Assembly (NCBI GenBank): GCA_964551445.1
Contig: CAZKCG010000024.1
Location: 4,849 to 68,848, forward strand
Length of the DNA: 64,000 nucleotides
Direction of reading: 5' to 3'
DNA from: an uncultured bacterium
Lineage (GTDB): Bacteria > Muiribacteriota > UBA9980
Part shown: one piece after another, positions 6,902 to 15,732 of the stretch
Layout: the number at the start of each line of letters is the position of its first letter
Numbering within the stretch: the first letter of the stretch is position 1
Notes under the pieces: generated by a model
What the model was told of the DNA's origin: nothing
Database searches by the model: none
What the model saw: only the letters and a program-made list of their open reading frames with translations
Made by a program: the position numbers and the translations under genes

Positions 6902-9601
6902 TCATATCTTTGAAAAAAGTACCCAGTATTTCGTTTCGAAGTCTAAAAGCATCATATTTACAGTGTTTTTTAATTCATCAAAATTTTCGAAGCATCGGAA
7001 AAATTTTTCATGCAATATATCGTAAATATTTCCAAGCATCGATTTGCCCGTGCAATGCAGCAGCAGCTCATATTCAAGGGGTGAAAGGACGTCATTTCCG
7101 ACGGCGGGATAGCCTCTGTCGAAATTCACCGCCATCCAGACGGCCATTATCCTCTGGGGCCGGAACGAAGATAATTCACCGGCGGATATTTCCATCGATC
7201 TTTGAGCGGCTCCGCGTGATATTATAGTAAAATAATTGTAAATAAAAGGGTCCGGTGAAAAAATCCCTGCATAATAAATTGAATCTATATTTTGTTCTTC
7301 ATGCAATTTGAAATGAGATAAAATGGTTTCAAAATCCACGGTCCTTGAACTCAATATTCGCGACATCCTGCTCGAAATATTCGAGTTTATTTGTTGAGCG
7401 GCCGCGATATGCTCATTGCGTTCAGTTTCATTATTAAAACCGCCGGCTCTTAAACAACCGTCATCCACATACGCTTCGAATACTCCCGGATAGGCGTCTA
7501 TCAGCGCCAGCGCGATATCGGCTGTTTTTAAAATCCGTTCGATATCTCCGGCAAAATTTTCCGGCGATATCCTTCCGGCGATTATTTTAATACCGATCTT
7601 CAGACAGTCATCCAGGGCGGTTCTATATTCACTTGTTCCTGTACCCGGGGTCATTTCGAGAATGATCCGGCGGACGCCCTCATCCTGAAGTTTCTTTAAT
7701 TTTCGAGCATTTACCCTTCCCGCGCCTTGAATTGATATAAATTCAGGTTTTATATCAATTTGACGAGCTTCGTCATTGCATTTCGGATCATGACAAACTA
7801 TTTGTTCGCGGCCGCGCGGCTTTTCCGAATAGCCGATCCAGAGTTTTTCTTCAAACCACCGCATTAATTTTAACGCCGTCCTTTGAAATTCAGTTTTCGA
7901 AGAATATCGATCGCTATATTCCGCGAAAACTTTATCCAATACCGCGGCCAGCGGCGACCCTCCGTCGCATAACGATAAGATCCGGTATTCCAGCGGTGAA
8001 AGAGCGCTTGCGCCTATCTTTGGAAAATCGCCTTTTATATCGATAAGATCGATCGGATCCATCACGGTCCGCGGATACAGGCCCATAAGACCTCCGGAAG
8101 GGGTGCCGCCGGTTAAAACAAAGTCTCCGGCGGCTAACTTTTTATAAAAATTATTGATGACAGAATTCTGTGAAAATACAACCTTGTACCAGTTGCTTTC
8201 AAGGCCGTAATTTTTATTGATCTTAAATTCATCTATGATTCTTTTGACCGGAATTTTACCCTTTTTATAAACATCGATCATCTTTTGCAGGATCTTTCTG
8301 GTAAAATCGCGCCTCATGGAGATTATTTGTTCGCGTGAAAGCTTTTTCGTTTCAATGACTGCCATATCGCCGATGGACGTGATCGAGCCGGGGTCTAAAA
8401 TTTTGATGTCGAACATGGCCGGATCATTACTTATGGCAGTTTTGGGAAGCGGAATAAAAAAAGTGGAAGTAATGTCGGTCATTCCGGGGCCGATATCTAT
8501 TAATCTTTTAGCGAAAGAAACCGTCCGGTTGAAAGATGTTTTTGATTCGGCGGCCCCGCCGATTATCATGTTTCCGGTAAGCTGAGGCAGGCCCGCTTTA
8601 TAAGAAAGCCCGGCCACCTTTTCCATATCTTCTAAAGTGGCCTGTTTTTTATATAAATTTAAAATTCTCGCTGAACCGGACTCCATGCCGATCTGCATTC
8701 TGGCAAGCCCGGATTCTATCATCATTGAAAGCGTGTCGGGCCATTTAATTATCGCGCTCGGATGGCACTCGCAGAACCAGACAAAATCGTGATCTTTTCG
8801 AAATTTTGAAAGACCTTTGCTGAAAGCCTCCATGCGTGAAGGATTTAGCGTAAACGTATCATCGGCGAACCAGATATATTTAATTTCGGGATTGTGGTCC
8901 AGCGCCTGTTTTATCTCAGAAAGAGAGTTCCCGACGCTGCGGAGCCGGACGCCGGACGAGACGCTTCCTTCATAACAGAAAGCGCATCTGAAAGGGCATC
9001 CTCTTCCGGTAAGAATTGAAATATCCTTGATATTTTTGCGGGCCGTTCCGTCAATACCGCTTTTTCTTAACGGCAACAGATCGAGGTTTGATATCGGAGG
9101 GCGCGCAGGATTTTTCACGAAATTGCCGCGATCGTCAAAATAACTCGCTCCGGCTATATCTTCGATCCTTCCGCGGCCGTTTAAAAAAAATTCAAGAAGT
9201 TCGTAAAGCGGATATTCACCTTCGCCGCGAACTACAGCATCGCATCGGGATCTTTTCATAAAATCCTCATCGAGCGCGACCGCTTGCGGCCCGCCTGCAA
9301 ATACTCTGGCGGAGGTATTTTCCTTTATGAAACTGGAAAAACTCTCGACGGTCGAAAGCGTTTCGAAATCACAGTAAAGCCCCACGGCGTCGACCGTTTT
9401 TTCGGAACTGCTCCGGTTAAGCAATTTTACCGCTTCGTGGACAGGACCGGAGTAAACGTAAGAAGAATAGCCTTTTTCTTCGACGAATGCAGCCAGAGCT
9501 TTCAAACCGAGAGGTTCGGTGCTCTGATACATATTTCCCGTGCCCAGACGGTTGACGTATAAAAGCAATATATGACCTTTTGAAATGACGTTGGTTTTCA
9601 A
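6902..9601 (-). CDS. B12-binding radical SAM enzyme with a duplicated C-terminal module and two RRE-like domains (899 aa)
   Basis: EPLGLKALAA, GGPQA, VRGEGE, RGCPFRCAFC, DDTF, GMESG; LSPLEY...C.G motif occurs twice. Confidence 0.88.
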   Translation of the reverse strand: MKTNVISKGHILLLYVNRLGTGNMYQSTEPLGLKALAAFVEEKGYSSYVYSGPVHEAVKLLNRSSSEKTVDAVGLYCDFETLSTVESFSSFIKENTSARVFAGGPQAVALDEDFMKRSRCDAVVRGEGEYPLYELLEFFLNGRGRIEDIAGASYFDDRGNFVKNPARPPISNLDLLPLRKSGIDGTARKNIKDISILTGRGCPFRCAFCYEGSVSSGVRLRSVGNSLSEIKQALDHNPEIKYIWFADDTFTLNPSRMEAFSKGLSKFRKDHDFVWFCECHPSAIIKWPDTLSMMIESGLARMQIGMESGSARILNLYKKQATLEDMEKVAGLSYKAGLPQLTGNMIIGGAAESKTSFNRTVSFAKRLIDIGPGMTDITSTFFIPLPKTAISNDPAMFDIKILDPGSITSIGDMAVIETKKLSREQIISMRRDFTRKILQKMIDVYKKGKIPVKRIIDEFKINKNYGLESNWYKVVFSQNSVINNFYKKLAAGDFVLTGGTPSGGLMGLYPRTVMDPIDLIDIKGDFPKIGASALSPLEYRILSLCDGGSPLAAVLDKVFAEYSDRYSSKTEFQRTALKLMRWFEEKLWIGYSEKPRGREQIVCHDPKCNDEARQIDIKPEFISIQGAGRVNARKLKKLQDEGVRRIILEMTPGTGTSEYRTALDDCLKIGIKIIAGRISPENFAGDIERILKTADIALALIDAYPGVFEAYVDDGCLRAGGFNNETERNEHIAAAQQINSNISSRMSRILSSRTVDFETILSHFKLHEEQNIDSIYYAGIFSPDPFIYNYFTIISRGAAQRSMEISAGELSSFRPQRIMAVWMAVNFDRGYPAVGNDVLSPLEYELLLHCTGKSMLGNIYDILHEKFFRCFENFDELKNTVNMMLLDFETKYWVLFSKI

Positions 9602-9677
9602 TTTATCTCCGGAATAATTTACTTAAAGCGATCAGGCTTGGTTAAAATTAATTATTGTGAACGGCTCAATATTTTTT

Positions 9678-9706
9678 ATCATATCATAAAATCATAAGTT
9701 TTTCAA
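9678..9706 (-). promoter_or_regulatory. Sigma70-type promoter for the radical SAM operon
   Basis: TTGAAA-17 nt-TATGAT on the minus strand, with TG upstream of the -10, about 75 nt before the TTG start at 9601. Confidence 0.55.
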
Positions 9707-9873
9707 TGAATTCAAAAATGCCGTTCATTAAAAAAGATGTCGCATGTTTTGCTATTGGCTAAAACATGATGTATATGTTATAATATTTTAGTATATTGAA
9801 ATCATTTATAATTTTTTGCGGTATCCGCTCCGCCGGCATTCCGCTGATAAATTTTCGAAAAAAGGTGATTTAC

Positions 9874-11085
9874 ATGAACTTTATTCCATACGCCAGGCAT
9901 AATCTCGACGAATCGGATATCGAAGCCGTAGTAACGGCGCTTAGATCCGATTGGATAACCACCGGCCCGAAAGTGCCGGAATTTGAAGAAAGAATAAAGG
10001 ACGGCTGCGGGGCAAAACACGTTATCGCGTTAAATTCATGCACCGCCGCTCTTCATATATCGATGCTCGCGGCCGGGATCGGTCCCGGCGATGAAGTTAT
10101 AACGACTCCCATGACCTTCGCCGCGACATCCAACGCCGTGCTATACTGCGGCGCTACGCCGGTATTTGTCGATATTGAAAGGGAAACGCATAATCTTAAT
10201 CCGTCGCTTATAGAAGAAAAAATAACCGCCAGGACGAAAGCCATCGTTCCCGTCCATTACGGCGGCCACCCCTGCCGCATGAAAGAGATATACGCGATAG
10301 CTAAAAAACACGGCCTGTTCGTTATCGAGGACGCCGCGCACGCATTCACCGCCGAATATCATAACGATGAGATCGATATGTGGAATAAAATAGGAGATTC
10401 GGCCGACGAAACTTCACTCGCGACATGCTTTTCGTTTCATCCGGTCAAAAATTTCACTTCCGGCGAGGGCGGGGCTATCGCGACCAACGATGACGCGTTC
10501 GCTTACAAATGCCAGCTTCTCAGAAACCACGGCATCTCCCGCGACGCGTGGAAAAGATTCGGCGAGGGCGGCAGCTGGTTCTATGAAATGGTCGGGCTCG
10601 GCTTCAAGTATAACCTAATGGATATGCAGGCGGCCCTTGGCATCTCGCAGCTCAAGCGTTTCGCCGCCATGCAGGCTCGCCGCTTCGAGGTCGTTAAAAT
10701 GTACAAACAGGGCCTGCGCGGCCTGGATGAGATAATCCTTCCTTTCGAAAAACCATACGCCCGGTCCGCGTGGCATTTATATGTCATCAACCTTAATTTC
10801 GAATACCTCAAGACCGATTCGTCTTCCGGCATAGTCGCCGAAATGGCCGGAAGAAATACGGCCGTGGAACATCTCAGATCCGCCCATATAGGCTGTAACG
10901 TTCATTACATTCCCGTCTACCGCCATCCGTATTACGCGGACCGCTTTAAAATAGACCCTTCTAAATATCCCGTCACCGAAGATTTTTATAATTCGTGCAT
11001 AACTCTTCCGATGCATGCCGGACTCACCGATGAAGAAGTTCAATATGTTATATCAGAAGTAAAGGCGCTTTTCATGAAAAAATAA
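9874..11085 (+). CDS. pseC: DegT/DnrJ/EryC1/StrS family PLP-dependent sugar aminotransferase (PseC-like)
   Basis: IPYARH..DIEAV..LRSDWITTGP, NSCTAALH, EDAAHA, SFHPVKNFTSGEGG. ATG 9874 follows AAGGTGA and is preferred over TTG 9796. Confidence 0.75.
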   Translation: MNFIPYARHNLDESDIEAVVTALRSDWITTGPKVPEFEERIKDGCGAKHVIALNSCTAALHISMLAAGIGPGDEVITTPMTFAATSNAVLYCGATPVFVDIERETHNLNPSLIEEKITARTKAIVPVHYGGHPCRMKEIYAIAKKHGLFVIEDAAHAFTAEYHNDEIDMWNKIGDSADETSLATCFSFHPVKNFTSGEGGAIATNDDAFAYKCQLLRNHGISRDAWKRFGEGGSWFYEMVGLGFKYNLMDMQAALGISQLKRFAAMQARRFEVVKMYKQGLRGLDEIILPFEKPYARSAWHLYVINLNFEYLKTDSSSGIVAEMAGRNTAVEHLRSAHIGCNVHYIPVYRHPYYADRFKIDPSKYPVTEDFYNSCITLPMHAGLTDEEVQYVISEVKALFMKK

Positions 11086-11142
11086 AAAACGCCTTCACCA
11101 TTCTGTTTATTTAACGCCGGACCGGCGCTTGTTTTAGAAACT

Positions 11143-11322
11143 TCAGCCGGAGGGCGCGCAAAAGAAATCTCTAACGGATCTGACGAGGCTTACGAGTTTT
11201 TTGACCTCGTCGGATCCGCACTCCGGGCATTTAACTTCACCCGGCTTTTCCGACAGGGTTTTGCTTATTATTTTCTCGAATTCTGATCCGCACTTTTTAC
11301 ATTCAAATTCATAAAGGGCCAT
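11143..11322 (-). CDS. FmdB family zinc-ribbon regulatory protein (59 aa; possibly extended to 11134 by Sec readthrough)
   Basis: Not in the ORF track (<60 aa). Hand translation MALYEFECKKCGSEFEKIISKTLSEKPGEVKCPECGSDEVKKLVSLVRSVRDFFCAPSG*; two CxxC pairs, RBS GGAGGTGA, consensus promoter upstream. Confidence 0.88.
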   Translation of the reverse strand: MALYEFECKKCGSEFEKIISKTLSEKPGEVKCPECGSDEVKKLVSLVRSVRDFFCAPSG

Positions 11323-11378
11323 AATTCACCTCCACTAAAGAATATTAAGTATTCGTATTACATTTATTACTAATATTT

Positions 11379-11407
11379 ATTATACCATGTCCCGGCCTGT
11401 TTGTCAA
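11379..11407 (-). promoter_or_regulatory. Consensus sigma70 promoter of the FmdB-like gene
   Basis: TTGACA-17 nt-TATAAT with extended -10 TG. Confidence 0.8.
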
Positions 11408-11620
11408 CATGCAGGCAAGAACTGTTGCATTCGAAAGACTTAAGAAGCCGGCGACTTTAATATCTTTTTTTCCGGCTTTGAACAGTGACTGGCCGCTGTT
11501 ACAGTTCGGAAAGTTCTGGCCGTTTAAACGGCCGCGCCGGAGATGACGCGTAACGACAAAATTTACGCCGGCCTGAAACCCGGATGTTTTTCAGCCGCTG
11601 CCGGCGTCTTATTACCCTAA

Positions 11621-11650
11621 TTGCAAAATAAGCATTGGATGTGGTATAAT
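11621..11650 (+). promoter_or_regulatory. Sigma70-type promoter
   Basis: TTGCAA-18 nt-TATAAT with TGG extension, upstream of the 11697 CDS. Confidence 0.55.
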
Positions 11651-11696
11651 CATATGGAACGGACGATGAAACGGATCTTAAAGGTCAATAAGTTTT

Positions 11697-12461
11697 ATGA
11701 ATAACATAATAACCGAAAAAAAAATAAAATACCGGGCGCGCGAAATAAATTATTTTGAGTTCGAATTTCACCGTTTTTCGCTCTTCGCCTGGCGCCGCGA
11801 CCTTGTCGCGGGCGGCGGGGTTCCGGCGATGGCCGTGACCATCGACAGGCATTACGACTTTTTGAAAGCCCAAGACGCTTCTCTTAAAGCTTTTTCGTCC
11901 TATAAAAACACGGCTGAGTTATTTGATAATACCGACAAATTGCCCGCGCCGCAAAATTACGATTTCATATCCTATGCGATATATGACGCCATGTGCTCCG
12001 ATGTTCTCGTCGTCGCTTACGAAAAATATCATGAGATAGAACTGCGCTCCATGCTGGATCGAAATTATCCGCTCGAAGACAAAAACGGCGGCGTTCACTT
12101 TTTATCCGTCATTCACTCGCTTAACGATCTTCTGGCTGAAGACTCGCCGTTTGAAACTTCAAAGACATACGAACAGGCGAAGAAGAGGCTTGCCTCGGCT
12201 CAGCGTATAATACTTGACATAGACCTCGATTATTTCACATATCAATCCCCGGATAATGGTGTTTTCGCGAGAAGTGAAGAAGATATCGAGGAAAACTTCG
12301 TTAAAATATCCAAAGGCCTTGCCGGGTTGCTGGAGCGCGTTACGACGATCGCCGTTGCCCGTGAAACGATATGCTGCGGCGGAGAAGGACAGATGCTGAA
12401 AATAAAGGCGGTCCTGAAACGCCTGTTCTTAAGATACCTGGATCTTGACCTGCCGTTATAG
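11697..12461 (+). CDS. UPF0489 family protein (arginase/deacetylase-like fold)
   Basis: H..SL.AW, IDRHYD and ILDIDLDYF motifs. Confidence 0.65.
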   Translation: MNNIITEKKIKYRAREINYFEFEFHRFSLFAWRRDLVAGGGVPAMAVTIDRHYDFLKAQDASLKAFSSYKNTAELFDNTDKLPAPQNYDFISYAIYDAMCSDVLVVAYEKYHEIELRSMLDRNYPLEDKNGGVHFLSVIHSLNDLLAEDSPFETSKTYEQAKKRLASAQRIILDIDLDYFTYQSPDNGVFARSEEDIEENFVKISKGLAGLLERVTTIAVARETICCGGEGQMLKIKAVLKRLFLRYLDLDLPL

Positions 12462-12649
12462 GAACCGGAGCGTCCCGAAAGCCAACCGCTGGAAGGAAGC
12501 AGCCCTTTTAAAAATGAAATAGAACGATAAATTTTGCGCAAAGCTCAAAAAAATGAAACATTTTTATAAACAACGGGGTATAATGATGTGTAAGAAAATT
12601 TTATGCCGGAATCAAATTATTAAATAAATTTAAGAAAGCGGTGATTTTT

Positions 12650-13483
12650 ATGAGTTTGAAATTCAAATGGAGCGTCCTTGCTTTTACGATAATTTTAGCT
12701 CTCGCGTTCGCCGGAAACTCTTTCGGTTCCTCGATCGATGATACGCTTCAAAGCCTTAACCAGGCGACCGTTTCAAAAGACGGTAATTCGGGCAATGCAA
12801 AACCCGGCGCCAGCGCCGCTAAAGACGACTCGAACGCCGACGGCTTCAAAGCGCACATTGAGGTCAATTCATGGCTTAACGTAAGAACCAGCCCCTGGGG
12901 CGCGATAACGGGCAAACTCACCGACGGCGAAGAGGTCGAGGTCATAGGCAAGACCGGCAAATGGTATAAGATAAAACGCGGCGGCAAGATCTGCTACATA
13001 TATTCAGACTATGTCAAAAAAGGCGGGTCTGACAACAAAAAGGCCGCCTCCGGCAAAAAAGATTCAAATTCATCAAGCGGAAACAAAAATTCGTCGCCCG
13101 CTTCCTCCGCCTCCGGCAGTGACGGCCAAAAGATAGTTAAATGCGCCGAAAGATACATCGGTTCGACCCAGTTTAGAAGCGCCGCGGTTGATTACGGCAA
13201 TCTCGCCTGCGCCCAGTTCGTTTCGACCGCGCTTAAAGACGCCGGAGTTATGAACCGCGTTCTGCTCAATGTGTCGGGCGTAGTGAGCGATCTGAAAAGC
13301 AAAGGCTGGAAAACCGTCAGCCCGCCATATAAAGCCGGCGACGTAATAACATGGAACCACAACGGCCATATCGGTTTCATCGACGGCAAGGGTCAGGCTA
13401 TCTCGAATTCTTCATCGCTTAGAACGCCGAGAAGGAACGGTATCTATTATATGTCGGTAACTCAGGTCCTCAGGCAGTCCTAG
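12650..13483 (+). CDS. Secreted SH3b-domain peptidoglycan hydrolase with NlpC/P60-like (Cys-His) C-terminal domain
   Basis: Signal peptide; SH3b (LNVRTSPWG..GKWYKIK..YIYSDYV); Ser-rich linker; LACAQFVSTAL..GDVITW..GHIG. Confidence 0.75.
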   Translation: MSLKFKWSVLAFTIILALAFAGNSFGSSIDDTLQSLNQATVSKDGNSGNAKPGASAAKDDSNADGFKAHIEVNSWLNVRTSPWGAITGKLTDGEEVEVIGKTGKWYKIKRGGKICYIYSDYVKKGGSDNKKAASGKKDSNSSSGNKNSSPASSASGSDGQKIVKCAERYIGSTQFRSAAVDYGNLACAQFVSTALKDAGVMNRVLLNVSGVVSDLKSKGWKTVSPPYKAGDVITWNHNGHIGFIDGKGQAISNSSSLRTPRRNGIYYMSVTQVLRQS

Positions 13484-13529
13484 ATTATGCGAAGTTTGGA
13501 ATATATAAATAATTTAATATAATTTTTCA

Positions 13530-13556
13530 GGGCACCAGGCTTAAAACCCGGTGCCC
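13530..13556 (+). repeat. Intergenic hairpin GGGCACC...GGTGCCC, copy 1 of the tandem duplication
   Basis: Near-identical copy at 16834-16860, each in front of a 684-aa gene. Confidence 0.7.
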
Positions 13557-13584
13557 GTTCCTCTATTAACGAAAGGAAGTAAAG

Positions 13585-15639
13585 ATGAAAAAAACGGCTG
13601 TTTTAAAGATGTTCGCGAAAAAGTGCGTTTTAATTCTTTCATTGTTGATCATCATCGCGTCGGCCTCGGAACTTAAGGCTTTTGACGCCTCGAACTTCTC
13701 GGTCGGTTTCGGGCGCGGCGATAATGAAGTAATGTATTATAATTCCAAGATCAAAGACTTTGGCGACCCGTATCCGGGCGGCCCGAACGGGTTCTGCATA
13801 TTCGATCAGAACAGGGCGGCGGTCGTCGACACTTTCGGCGGCAGCGTCAAAATATTCGACGAATCCGGAAAATTGATCGAAAAGATAAGCGTCTCCGAAA
13901 TAGTGAAAAAAGAGAACGGGACCGATGCCGTATATCTTTCATCGGTGGCGGTCGTTAAAAATGAAAAGAACGGGAACGAATTTATCGTTTCCGACACGAT
14001 GAACGCTAAGATCTATAAAATATCCGGCGGAAAACTGGTCAAGACTTTTGGTAAACGCGGTGATAACGCTTTTGAATTCGGCCAGATCGAAGAGGTCGCC
14101 GCCGCGTCCGAAGGCCGTATCGTCGTTTGCGACAACGCTAAAGATAAACTGTGCGTCTTTTCAAAGGACGGCGCGCCGCTTAACGAATTTCAGATCCAGC
14201 CGGGCGGATTTTACGCTGACGGCGGCGTTATTTACTCGCTCAACAGGCTTGACAACGGCACTTTCGCGGCCTGCAAAATAAATATTTCAACCGGAAGGAC
14301 CGAGGTCATCTTCCGCGTTCAGAATCCTTCATGGAGAAGCGCGAAGATCGCCGGCGTAGATAAATACGGCAATTTTATGATAGCTTTTTTTGAGGACGCT
14401 ATACAGGATAAACTCATGAAGGAAAATGGAAAATCGTCATGCAGCGGTTTTTTCACGCTAGCGCTGGTTTCGCCATGCGGCCAGATAAGACAGACCCATA
14501 CCGTTCCCGTGACCACTCCGATCGGATCCCAGTTCTTCTTTGACGCGGGCGAAAACGAACTCTATTATCAGGATTTCAACGCGGATCTCGCGCCTGAAGG
14601 AAAATATTGCATTAAAAATATAGCCTTCAACGTCAAATTTTCGGAGAACGCCGCGAAACTCGCTCCGGGCGAAATGATAAACATAAAAAAGAATATCACT
14701 GACATAGAATACGGCGCCGGAAGAAATAAAATAGGCGGTAATTTTGAAAGCGTCCGGTCGCACCCGCCGATCCTTCGCACCGACAGTCTTGGTTATTTCT
14801 ACATACTCGACGCGGCCGAAGGAAAACTCATCTGTATCGAACAGAACTTCGCGTCGTTAAAAACGGTCGAACTTTCAAAAATGCTGCAAAGTTTTGAAAA
14901 AGACGCGATAAAGTCTGAATTCACGGATTTTTTCGTGATCTCGAGTTCCGAGATCTATCTGCTGGACCAGCCCAACGGCAATTTCTTCAAAATGGTTTCT
15001 AAAGAAGGCTTTGGCGAGACCGTTTCATACGATATAAAAAAATTCGCGTTCGCCTCCGCCGGATTTAAAAGTTTCGACCGCATCTTCGCGAATTCACTCG
15101 GCGAGGTCATCCTCTATTCGTCGATTGAAGGCAAACTCGCTTATTTCGAGGCGGACGGCAGGCTCGATAAAACGGTCAACGGCATATCGGCCGCTTCATT
15201 TTTCGTGATGTCAAATTCCGATATAATTTCGCTTTCACAGAATGAAAAACCGGGCGAAGTAAAGATCGATTATCTTGATTTTTATAGAAATCCACTCGAG
15301 CGTTTTGAAACCGTCCCGGCCGATAAAATAACCGGCGCGCCTTTCGTATCGGCCGCTCATGTTCTGGGTATGGACCAGAACTTGAATATTTTCACGGTTC
15401 TTTTTGACGGCCTTTGCCAGAAAATATCCATTTATAGTATTACGGGCGCTAAGGTCGGCGACGTCCGGTTCGTCGCCGCTCAGATCCCCGGATTTTTCGA
15501 AAGGTCATGCTGCGTAGGATCTGACGGAACCATTTATCTGGGCGTGCCGTCGGAGGCGAAATACCACATAATCCGCATCCCGTATGCGTCCGTCATCGAT
15601 GTCGTAAAGGCCGATTTCTTGAAAAAGAAAAATAAATAA
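13585..15639 (+). CDS. Secreted NHL-repeat/beta-propeller protein (684 aa), copy 1
   Basis: Signal peptide; NHL-like FGKRGDNAFEFGQIEEVA..GRIVVCD; beta-rich repeats; colinear paralog at 16889. Confidence 0.7.
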   Translation: MKKTAVLKMFAKKCVLILSLLIIIASASELKAFDASNFSVGFGRGDNEVMYYNSKIKDFGDPYPGGPNGFCIFDQNRAAVVDTFGGSVKIFDESGKLIEKISVSEIVKKENGTDAVYLSSVAVVKNEKNGNEFIVSDTMNAKIYKISGGKLVKTFGKRGDNAFEFGQIEEVAAASEGRIVVCDNAKDKLCVFSKDGAPLNEFQIQPGGFYADGGVIYSLNRLDNGTFAACKINISTGRTEVIFRVQNPSWRSAKIAGVDKYGNFMIAFFEDAIQDKLMKENGKSSCSGFFTLALVSPCGQIRQTHTVPVTTPIGSQFFFDAGENELYYQDFNADLAPEGKYCIKNIAFNVKFSENAAKLAPGEMINIKKNITDIEYGAGRNKIGGNFESVRSHPPILRTDSLGYFYILDAAEGKLICIEQNFASLKTVELSKMLQSFEKDAIKSEFTDFFVISSSEIYLLDQPNGNFFKMVSKEGFGETVSYDIKKFAFASAGFKSFDRIFANSLGEVILYSSIEGKLAYFEADGRLDKTVNGISAASFFVMSNSDIISLSQNEKPGEVKIDYLDFYRNPLERFETVPADKITGAPFVSAAHVLGMDQNLNIFTVLFDGLCQKISIYSITGAKVGDVRFVAAQIPGFFERSCCVGSDGTIYLGVPSEAKYHIIRIPYASVIDVVKADFLKKKNK

Positions 15640-15732
15640 AAAATAATTTGAATTAAACAGAACAAAAATCGCAAGAGGTTAGTATAACAGGTAGAACTTT
15701 TAATAATTTTAACGAAGGCAGGGTGAGTTTTT

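Noticed and set aside
9602-9873. Cobalamin or SAM riboswitch upstream of the B12-rSAM operon
   Set aside because: The region is short and AT-rich, with no B12-box or SAM-I core motifs recognisable.
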